Virus record (IMG/VR): IMGVR_UViG_3300025135_000005
Location: 1-63,406 of that record
Length of the DNA stretch: 63,406 bases
Reading direction: 5' to 3' (one strand)
Source: a virus
Taxonomy: Duplodnaviria > Caudoviricetes
Positions 56,310 through 63,406 of this stretch are shown here, in pieces; the first letter of the stretch is position 1, and each line of letters opens with the position of its first letter. Under the pieces are notes generated by a model, which did not search any database, was not told where the DNA came from, and saw only the letters and a list, made by a program, of their open reading frames with translations. Position numbers and translations under genes: made by a program.

Positions 56310-58313
56310 ATGAATATATTTCTAAAAATAGATAATATGATAAAAAATACAATTTTAAATTTAGACACAATTAACTCAGAGTATTCATTTATATTTGAAG
56401 AAGCTGTTGCTGACAGATATTTCTGTAATTGTGGAGAACAATTTATAAGCGCCAACGAAGAAGAGGTGGTAGACCTTCAACATGTCCTTAGTGGAGAGAG
56501 TGAGAAAGATGAGTTGTACGGAGGAATTTATAAGGATATTAAATTGTCTCTTGATAAAAAAATAGTCTGTCCTCATTGTGATAAAAATTACAACAATCAA
56601 GATGTAAAAAGAAAGCTAATTACCATAGGGGAGTTTTTTATATCTGGGTACGAGTTCCAAGAAACAGATACTGACCTAATAATATATTATGCAAAAGCAT
56701 GCCCTGGATTAGCCAAGAGAGAGGATGAAGATGGGAATAAAGAATATAAAGTTGTATTTGACGAATCCATAAAATACATTCGATTTGAGAAAGAAACCAA
56801 GAAATTATTCTACAGAGAGTTTGGCGATTCTCCTGAGGTTGAATTTGGTCTTGATAATGTAATCAGGTATGTGAATAAATTTTTCATAGTAGAAACTGAT
56901 AAGGTTATTGATATTTATAAACTACACTTATATATCAATAGATTGGCTAATTTTGTTTCTGACACAAGAAACGGAAATATAGTACATGAATTCTTGAGTT
57001 TCATCAGAAATACTCCAAATGATGTTGGAATAAATTTCATAAAGAAACTTTTATCCATATTTTATGGAATCATAAAGTACAGCAATCTATCAACAATAGC
57101 GCTCACAAAGAGTTCTCAATTTTTATATGAGTTGATGTTGGAGTGTGAGATTCCTTCATCTGAAGAAATGGAGCAAAGTGGTGCTACATCACCAGTTAAC
57201 ATATTCAATTTCCTTGTCAACAAATACATCAATAAACTAAATGAGGAAGTCAATGAGGATAATAAAGATGCTCATGATTTTTATTTCAAGTCAAAAAATA
57301 GAGTTGAGTATGAGAAAGACACCAACAAGAGTGAAGACGACTTAAACTACAAGGTTGTAGATGAAGATGTTGAGGCAAGTTATTTGGTTAGACAAAATAA
57401 GTCATACAAAGGCGGTAAGGTCGTGAATGCAGATGGAAAATTCCAAGTGCTTGATGCTGTTGAAGATGGAACTATCTCTAAATTTATTTACAAAAAAATA
57501 GAAAACTTTTCTCAATACAAGCAAATCATCAAGTATTTTAAATTCTATGATAAAAAAGGAGTTATTAGTTTGCTTCAAAAATATGACCTGGAATTATTGA
57601 CACACGCTATTGATGCATTTTACTTCAGAAGCAAAATGGAGCCAGGTGAGCTTGATAGGGTTCTACAAATAATTGAAAGCTTTGTTGAGACAAGATTTTT
57701 CTTTAAGGACTACAAAAACGTAAAAGATTTCTCTTTTGTCGAATACGATGATGCCCAGTTGATGATGGAAGTCATGGAGTTTGACCCAAAGAAGCACTTC
57801 AATAAAATAAAGACTTATGATGAGCTTGTTGAGTATCATGACAATCTTGTTAAATTCTATAAAGTTAAGAGTGAAATAGAGAAATCAGGCGCTATTGAAG
57901 AGTTTGTTTCTAAGTTTAGATTTCTTGAGACAGTTGGCGAAGGAGATTATGAGGGACCTCTTGAGGTTGTCTTATTTGATACCGCTGGTAGAATTATGAA
58001 GGAAGGTCCAGAGATGAGACACAGTGCCTCTGAATACGCTGTAAATGTTGCTCAGGGAACATATTTAATGGGCTCAGTATTTGATAGAGACCCAAATCGA
58101 CCAGCCAAGGAGATGGAGAGGTACACCATAGGATTCAAGTATGACTCTAAATATAAGGAACTTGTATTTGACCAGGTTAAGGGATTTGCCAATGAGCTCG
58201 GCAGCAATAGATTTAAGAAGCTTGTTATGGAGTACCTCACTGACAAGGACATTTCATTTCAACCAATTAAAGACTTAAGATTGAAGGATGAAGATGGAGT
58301 CGAGAAATTATAA
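56310..58313 (+). CDS. PcfJ-like domain protein with N-terminal Zn ribbon
   Basis: CNCG...CPHC at the N-terminus. C-terminal L...HD...EG.EM.H...Y...V..G.Y...RYTI...DQVKGFAN. Confidence 0.65.
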   Translation: MNIFLKIDNMIKNTILNLDTINSEYSFIFEEAVADRYFCNCGEQFISANEEEVVDLQHVLSGESEKDELYGGIYKDIKLSLDKKIVCPHCDKNYNNQDVKRKLITIGEFFISGYEFQETDTDLIIYYAKACPGLAKREDEDGNKEYKVVFDESIKYIRFEKETKKLFYREFGDSPEVEFGLDNVIRYVNKFFIVETDKVIDIYKLHLYINRLANFVSDTRNGNIVHEFLSFIRNTPNDVGINFIKKLLSIFYGIIKYSNLSTIALTKSSQFLYELMLECEIPSSEEMEQSGATSPVNIFNFLVNKYINKLNEEVNEDNKDAHDFYFKSKNRVEYEKDTNKSEDDLNYKVVDEDVEASYLVRQNKSYKGGKVVNADGKFQVLDAVEDGTISKFIYKKIENFSQYKQIIKYFKFYDKKGVISLLQKYDLELLTHAIDAFYFRSKMEPGELDRVLQIIESFVETRFFFKDYKNVKDFSFVEYDDAQLMMEVMEFDPKKHFNKIKTYDELVEYHDNLVKFYKVKSEIEKSGAIEEFVSKFRFLETVGEGDYEGPLEVVLFDTAGRIMKEGPEMRHSASEYAVNVAQGTYLMGSVFDRDPNRPAKEMERYTIGFKYDSKYKELVFDQVKGFANELGSNRFKKLVMEYLTDKDISFQPIKDLRLKDEDGVEKL

Positions 58314-58701
58314 TAGCATCGGAGAATACGATAAGTCAAGTAACCTTGTTAAGTATGTTGAGTTTACAAATGACAATCAATATGTTAAGTGCTCGTATAA
58401 TGTGAAGGGTAATATCTTAGAGAGAACTTATTTGCAGGATTTTAGAGCCGATGAAGAGCCTTATGTGGAAACATTAAATAGCATAGTTGAGTATAGTGAT
58501 AACATTATGCTCTTCTCAATGCATCTTGATGGTGAGACATATATTAAGCCAATATTAAGTGGTCAAAGCTTTACCTCGATTAATACACCCGCTATAGTAA
58601 ACACTGTCTTCAGTTGTCAAGAAGAGCACCAGAACTCTGCATCTGTAGAAACTTTTAGTATAAATTCAGATTTAATTAATGATTACTTAAATAAGTTATA
58701 G
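58288..58701 (+). CDS. Hypothetical protein
   Basis: 137-aa ORF overlapping the previous stop. Confidence 0.55.
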   Translation: MKMESRNYNSIGEYDKSSNLVKYVEFTNDNQYVKCSYNVKGNILERTYLQDFRADEEPYVETLNSIVEYSDNIMLFSMHLDGETYIKPILSGQSFTSINTPAIVNTVFSCQEEHQNSASVETFSINSDLINDYLNKL

Positions 58702-58739
58702 TTTCTTTAATTTCAACCTATTTATGATAAAAGTACTCA

Positions 58740-59198
58740 ATGAAAAAGTTAAAGGATTTATGCTTAGGCGTTCTTATTAACGAAGGAGAAGAGGTAATCA
58801 GCATCTCTCCTGGTGAAGTAGGAAAAGTCTTAGATGTCAATTTTGACACTGACGACATTAAATTTGATTTTGAAACCTCTTATGGAAAAAAATTAAACCT
58901 TGTTGTGAAGACTAATGATTTCAAAAAATGGCTTGAGAGTAACAAGGGTAATTTCAAAGACGTATTTCGACATTTCATAATCGACTTTCTTGAAAATTCA
59001 TCTCAAGGAGATGAGAGTCTTAATGAAATTATTGATGATAATGAAAATATAATAGGTGACGATGACATGCCAACCAATTCAACAAACACATTGGTTACAA
59101 GTCCTAAATTTGACCTTGAGAAAATATACAAATCCTTTATTCCTAAGTCAATTAGATATTATTCTGGAGGCCTTGGACTTGGATTCATTACTTGGTAA
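58740..59198 (+). CDS. Hypothetical (late) protein
   Basis: TATTTATG at 58719-58726. INE and LNE candidate protease sites. Confidence 0.55.
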   Translation: MKKLKDLCLGVLINEGEEVISISPGEVGKVLDVNFDTDDIKFDFETSYGKKLNLVVKTNDFKKWLESNKGNFKDVFRHFIIDFLENSSQGDESLNEIIDDNENIIGDDDMPTNSTNTLVTSPKFDLEKIYKSFIPKSIRYYSGGLGLGFITW

Positions 59199-59209
59199 AA
59201 ATTATTACA

Positions 59210-59695
59210 ATGGAAGAAAATAAAGAAAAAGATAGAATGCGTAAGTTAACCCAGTCTTTTGGACAAAAGGGTGAAATCTTCAAAGAGAGTAGAGAAGAGA
59301 CTAATGCTGAAAAATTACAAGAAGAATTCAAGAGATTATCAGCTCTTGCATCTGGACAAGAAACATCAGCACTTAAGGAGTCACAAGAGGGTGGTTTTAT
59401 GGATGGAGCTGGTCAATCAGGGTCGTTTCATGGAACCAATCAAGTGAAGGGTGTAAACTCCATTGTAGACAACATTTATAGCAATCCAACCAAATACATG
59501 GGCGCTCAAGGTAATTCTGTTGCGCTGAGAGATAGTGAGGCACTGGAGCTTTCCATTAAGAGAACACTCAATAGTGGTGCCCCAGTTAATGATATAGCAT
59601 TTTATGATGAAATAAACTGGAATCTTGCCAATCTTGGATTTCCGTCTAAGCTTCCTCAAGACATTAAGACCGCAATTTTGAAGTTGATTAAGTAA
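59210..59695 (+). CDS. Hypothetical protein
   Basis: ATG at 59210 (MEENKEKD). Confidence 0.55.
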   Translation: MEENKEKDRMRKLTQSFGQKGEIFKESREETNAEKLQEEFKRLSALASGQETSALKESQEGGFMDGAGQSGSFHGTNQVKGVNSIVDNIYSNPTKYMGAQGNSVALRDSEALELSIKRTLNSGAPVNDIAFYDEINWNLANLGFPSKLPQDIKTAILKLIK

Positions 59696-60336
59696 TGACC
59701 TACGTATACGAAGACGAATTAGATGATTATTTGGCTATGGGGTATCCTATGGAGCAACTTCGTGTTTTACAGTATGGAGTAGAAAGACCTGAACAACCAG
59801 AGTTTTCTCAAGAAATTTGGGAACGAACAATGAGGCTTCAGGAAGTTAGGAAAATCGTAAGAGAGGTCTTATCCGAGGCTGTAACATTTGACAACAATAA
59901 AACCTTCATTCCACCGCCAAATGTAGCTCAGAGAGCTCAAGAAGCGCTAAATGTCGTATCATCAAATAATTTAACTCAATCTGGAACAGATATTGGCTCA
60001 GGATTATCAAAAGCTAAGGAGCTTGCTGCCAAGCAAACTCAAAATTTTGATATGATGAGAAAAATAAAATCATTTTTTGATAACCAGGAAGATGCTTATA
60101 GAGCTGAAAAATCTTCTGGAAAAACAATTAAAAATTCAGGCCTAATTCAGTCGTGGGAGCTTCGTGGCGGAGATTCTGGTAGAGACTGGGTGAATCAGCA
60201 ACTTGCATCCTTGCATAAGGATAATCTCAACACCAAAAAGAATTTGAGAAAAGCTGGTGGCGCAGGAATTAATAAAGGTATGGGTATTTTTGATACCAAT
60301 ATCATGAAAACAAACAACCACAGAATTCATAGATAA
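59695..60336 (+). CDS. Putative head-associated protein
   Basis: PPPNV...A..AL...G...A..LA...M..I.SFF...W.L.GGD.G..W domain, recalled from phage head-morphogenesis proteins. Internal VRKIVREVLSE motif. Confidence 0.5.
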   Translation: MTYVYEDELDDYLAMGYPMEQLRVLQYGVERPEQPEFSQEIWERTMRLQEVRKIVREVLSEAVTFDNNKTFIPPPNVAQRAQEALNVVSSNNLTQSGTDIGSGLSKAKELAAKQTQNFDMMRKIKSFFDNQEDAYRAEKSSGKTIKNSGLIQSWELRGGDSGRDWVNQQLASLHKDNLNTKKNLRKAGGAGINKGMGIFDTNIMKTNNHRIHR

Positions 60337-60339
60337 CTA

Positions 60340-60370
60340 TTGTTTTTTATCTCATAAAGTTTTACCTTTG
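60340..60370 (+). promoter_or_regulatory. Bacteroidota sigma70-type promoter (TTG-N20-TACCTTTG)
   Basis: TTG at 60340-60342 and TACCTTTG at 60363-60370, upstream of ATG 60394. Confidence 0.6.
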
Positions 60371-60393
60371 TAAAAACTAAAAAATAATTCGTT

Positions 60394-60870
60394 ATGAGAA
60401 GATGGTATACCGTAAAGGTAAAGTACACAAAAAAAATCGAGAAAAATGGTGAAGAAGATTACAAGCAAGTAAATGAATCTTTTTTGCTACCCGCAGTATC
60501 ATTCACAGATGCCGAGGCAAGAATCACTAAAGAAATTGCAAAAGAAGCTCAGGGAGAATTCCTTCCAAGTGCTATGTCGGTGACAGAGGTGGCTGATATT
60601 TTTAGAAGTGACGCTGGAGGACAGTGGTATCTTTGTAAAATAACTATCTCTGAAGAAGATGACAATGGAAAGACTTCTAAGACAAAACAAAATTACATGG
60701 TAGAGGCCTTGTCTGTACAGGAGGCAAACGCAAGTCTTGATGAAAGATTGAGCGATGCTATGTTTAGCTATGAGACAACAAATGTGGACCGCTCTCCTAT
60801 TGTTGATGTGTTTTACGATGACCTTGATGTAGAATTATCAAGAACACGAGTTGAAGAGAACGAAAATTAA
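60394..60870 (+). CDS. DUF4494-family protein
   Basis: WYTVKVKY.K...G..KQV.E..L..A.SFTDAEARI and second repeat WY.CKI...EDDNGK..K....MVEA.S...A...SPIVDVF. Confidence 0.8.
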   Translation: MRRWYTVKVKYTKKIEKNGEEDYKQVNESFLLPAVSFTDAEARITKEIAKEAQGEFLPSAMSVTEVADIFRSDAGGQWYLCKITISEEDDNGKTSKTKQNYMVEALSVQEANASLDERLSDAMFSYETTNVDRSPIVDVFYDDLDVELSRTRVEENEN

Positions 60871-61139
60871 TGGCAAGTAAGTTAGAAATATTGTCTCAAG
60901 TCATGCTTTCTTTGAAAGTTGACCAAAGCAATGCCATGCACAACATCAATACATTATTGAATAACTCTGGAGCAGAACTTGACTTGGTTGAAAAAGTTAA
61001 GTCTGAACTTGGAGTCCTATCATCTGTGCATGCAAAGATGCAGGAGTGTGAGTCATTCATGCTTCAAATTGCTCAAGCCACAATTAAGTCAGAGACTGAG
61101 GATGGCGTAGGCGCTGAAAAAGACCATAAAAACACTTAG
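60870..61139 (+). CDS. Hypothetical protein
   Basis: 89 aa, helical. Confidence 0.55.
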   Translation: MASKLEILSQVMLSLKVDQSNAMHNINTLLNNSGAELDLVEKVKSELGVLSSVHAKMQECESFMLQIAQATIKSETEDGVGAEKDHKNT

Positions 61140-61143
61140 AAAA

Positions 61144-61374
61144 ATGATAGTATTGCTTAAAATAATATTGGGATTAATTGCTATTGCTGATGGATTTTCT
61201 ATTTGGAGTGTTTTTAAAGATTTTCAAGCAACAAGAAAGCAGGAGGGATATGATGAATTATCCATATGGAGAAGGTTTAGGTTTAACCTGACTTCTTTCT
61301 TCATGATAGCTGCTATGATTTCTTTATTAGTGTTTCTTATTTATTTTATTATCATAAAAATATCGCTGGGATGA
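61144..61374 (+). CDS. Small two-TM membrane protein
   Basis: Hydrophobic N- and C-terminal segments. Confidence 0.6.
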   Translation: MIVLLKIILGLIAIADGFSIWSVFKDFQATRKQEGYDELSIWRRFRFNLTSFFMIAAMISLLVFLIYFIIIKISLG

Positions 61375-61673
61375 CATGGTGGAAACACTCAAGATTAAGG
61401 TTTTATCTGCTTAATACACTTTGGAATTATAAGTTCTGGTTATTTGCAGAAAAAATTTTTAGAATACATACTTATGAGATTGAGGATAATAATCTTAGTC
61501 TTGATAATGTTGACATTACTGGTAAAATAATTTATAATAAGAAAAAGATTACTAAGCGCAGGTTTGTTGGGTACATGTATGATGGTAGGATGTATCTGGA
61601 CAACCCTGGACTTAAGAATACGGTAGACATTGATACTTGGCAATCTTGGAAAAAAAAAGGTTTAATTAAATAA
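61371..61673 (+). CDS. Hypothetical protein
   Basis: 100 aa, ATGA overlap with the previous gene. Confidence 0.55.
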   Translation: MTWWKHSRLRFYLLNTLWNYKFWLFAEKIFRIHTYEIEDNNLSLDNVDITGKIIYNKKKITKRRFVGYMYDGRMYLDNPGLKNTVDIDTWQSWKKKGLIK

Positions 61674-61676
61674 TGT

Positions 61677-61883
61677 ATGGAAGATTATTTTAAAGATTTT
61701 GAGTTCTTCGGTTTTATCTCCGAATATCAAATGGCAGTTACTATTGTAAATGAATACAACGATTCAGTCAATTATCCTGAGGAGTTTAGAAATAAACCAT
61801 TCAAAGAGCTAATTGAACATTGGATTGACAATAATTCAAAGAACTATGGAATTTCTGCGAAGAAATCAGAAGTTTTTAAGTAA
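61677..61883 (+). CDS. Hypothetical protein
   Basis: 68-aa ORF. Confidence 0.5.
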   Translation: MEDYFKDFEFFGFISEYQMAVTIVNEYNDSVNYPEEFRNKPFKELIEHWIDNNSKNYGISAKKSEVFK

Positions 61884-61971
61884 GGGTGTAGGACCAAATG
61901 TTATCCCTGGCGAGAGTGGCCGTACAACTCCGAGTCCGTCAAGAAGTGTGAGACGATAACAGCCTTTTTTT
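61884..61971. ncRNA. Candidate structured RNA, family unknown
   Basis: GC-enriched intergenic stretch with complementary segments TGTTATC/GATAACA, CGTC/GACG and TGTAGGACCA/TGGCCGTACA, ending in a T run. Confidence 0.3.
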
Positions 61972-61979
61972 AAAAAAAC

Positions 61980-62008
61980 AAAAGCCTGCTAATTTTTAGC
62001 AGGCTTTT
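61980..62008 (+). terminator. Intrinsic terminator
   Basis: aaaagcctgctaa-ttt-ttagcaggctttt. Confidence 0.8.
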
Positions 62009-62057
62009 CTATTATGAAACAGTTTTTTTGGCCTATTTATGATAAAACATCTATTAA

Positions 62058-63406
62058 ATGGCCAATATAGAAAATAACTCAGAAAAGAACGACAAACAAA
62101 GTTCTCAATTTGCAGAAAATCAAAAGCTCAAGTCTGATGTGTATGATGCAATTGAAGAGCAGTTAATTAAGTCTACAGAAGCGGCCTTCAAGTCAGAGGG
62201 TATAAAAACTCGTGAACTTAAGGATGCAACAGGTCAGCAAGGCTGGAACAGAGGCGTTTACGGTGACGGCTCTACTTATGGAACTGGGGTTGCTAAGGGT
62301 CAGGACTCTATTTCAATAAATAGGGTTAAAGGGCCAAAGGCTACTAATGGATTCTTTGAGAAAAACCTAAGCTACGGTGGAAAGAGGATGGTTGCAGAGA
62401 TTCATGTTGATATTGATGTTGAATCTAAAACAATGGATTTCACCTATCAAACAAGTGAACAAGCTGCGTTTAGAGGATACCAAGATAAAAAGAATGGTGC
62501 TTACATGATAAATGATAAGCAAACCTTTAAATTAGATGACTTATCAGAATTCAAAAAAAATCTTAAGAAAGTTCTTGATAAATTTGCAGATAAAGAAGCA
62601 GCATATTTTTTCAGTACCAAAATTGGTATTGAAGATAGAACTGAAAAAAGTATAAATTCAATGGTTGAAAGCAATATGAAAAAATTAAGTCTAACTGACA
62701 TTATCAAAGGAAACTTTAGTGACACTCTTGATAAAATAATGGAATCAACAAAAAAGGTTGACCAAAATCACCCAGAGGTTAAGGATGCAAATTCTCCTGG
62801 AAATCTTTTGTTTGATGACAATGCAGAAGAAGATGAGACAGTTGATGAAGTTACAGCAAGTGCTGGTGGTGCTGGAGCTGGGGCTTATTTGACTCCTGGA
62901 GCTTTCAAGAAAGGTGGGGATTTTGATAAAGAAATGAAAGAAGATGTTCACGAAGCTCTTCAGAAGAGGTTTAATGAGACAGCTTATTCTAAGAAAGATA
63001 AGAAGCGTAGGCTCAATAGAGAAAATACAAGTGGCTGGACAACTGTTGAACTTGACTCTGATGGATATGCTCCTAAGGGTATGAGTAAAAATTATGCAAT
63101 GGGACTTCATGGTGTTGACGTTAATTCAACAGAAGAAGACAAGCTTTCTAAGGGCTCTCCTAAGGGTAGGGGTGCGATGAATGAAACTTTCGACCCAAGC
63201 AAGAAGAAGTTTGTTTCACTTACGGAGAATGAAGAAAAAGGTGTAAACAAGAGGTATATCATCACTCATCAATTATCTAAAGAAGAAGAGGCTAAGAAAT
63301 GGGCTAACCTATCTAATTTCCAGAAAAATTCAACTATTAGAATTGCTGAATCTTGTGGATGTCCAGTTGACGATGGTACTACTGAAAAAATGGTATCGAG
63401 AGAACA
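62058..63406 (+). CDS. Large hypothetical late protein, 3' partial (missing from the ORF track)
   Basis: ATG at 62058, 16 nt after TATTTATG (62034-62041). The frame reads MANIENNSEKNDKQ... and stays open to the window end. Contains VDEVTASAGGAGAGAYLTPGAFKK. Confidence 0.75.
   Translation, partial: MANIENNSEKNDKQSSQFAENQKLKSDVYDAIEEQLIKSTEAAFKSEGIKTRELKDATGQQGWNRGVYGDGSTYGTGVAKGQDSISINRVKGPKATNGFFEKNLSYGGKRMVAEIHVDIDVESKTMDFTYQTSEQAAFRGYQDKKNGAYMINDKQTFKLDDLSEFKKNLKKVLDKFADKEAAYFFSTKIGIEDRTEKSINSMVESNMKKLSLTDIIKGNFSDTLDKIMESTKKVDQNHPEVKDANSPGNLLFDDNAEEDETVDEVTASAGGAGAGAYLTPGAFKKGGDFDKEMKEDVHEALQKRFNETAYSKKDKKRRLNRENTSGWTTVELDSDGYAPKGMSKNYAMGLHGVDVNSTEEDKLSKGSPKGRGAMNETFDPSKKKFVSLTENEEKGVNKRYIITHQLSKEEEAKKWANLSNFQKNSTIRIAESCGCPVDDGTTEKMVSRE

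Noticed and set aside
61884-61971. tRNA, hammerhead ribozyme or SAM-I riboswitch
   Set aside because: No TTCGA T-loop or cloverleaf. CTGGCGA...CGAG deviates from the CUGANGA/GAAA core. Only the TTATC/GATAA helix resembles SAM-I. Kept as an unknown structured RNA.
257-63110. Numerous short antisense or alternate-frame ORFs in the track (e.g. 257..649, 6095..6655, 27811..28200, 62745..63110)
   Set aside because: They lie wholly within well-supported genes, have atypical composition and show no motifs, so they are treated as shadow ORFs.
1-63406. Stop-codon reassignment (as in some Bacteroidota phages)
   Set aside because: Conserved genes are full length in the standard code, TAG and TGA both end genes at expected positions, and coding density is high.

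Overview
AT-rich, densely coding 63.4-kb segment of a large (jumbo-type) tailed dsDNA phage with a contractile-tail (myovirus-like) baseplate, translated with the standard code. The host is probably a Bacteroidota: there are TAnnTTTG promoters, no Shine-Dalgarno motifs, and DUF4494-like and Hc1-like genes. Layout: (1) 1-7.8 kb, sugar/nucleotide module with gmd, a T5-A1-like metallophosphoesterase, a degenerate HAD, a vWA protein, two glycosyltransferases and a phage sigma-like protein. (2) 8.2-37.8 kb, virion baseplate/tail module on both strands (gp5-, gp25-, gp6- and gp7/P2-I-like proteins, fibre/LRR proteins), interrupted by pncC, an HNH endonuclease, an ADP-ribosyltransferase-like gene and a nucleotidyltransferase. 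(3) 37.8-49.6 kb, replication/recombination (RuvC-like, primase, fused Mre11-Rad50, WYL, Cas4-like nuclease, alphaCTD-like, Hc1-like, SNF2 helicase). (4) 49.7-63.4 kb, amidase endolysin, IF-3, PcfJ-like, DUF4494 and many probable internal head proteins. Best leads: a strongly recurrent [ST]-[GA]-x-T motif concentrated in virion proteins next to phage-encoded glycosylation enzymes (candidate virion O-glycosylation system); a shared N-terminal I-R-x-I-I-R/K-E-E helix on unrelated proteins (candidate head-packaging signal); a TATTTAT late-promoter motif; apparent GATC avoidance; and a small structured intergenic RNA candidate. All family calls come from recognising motifs by eye, not from database searches.
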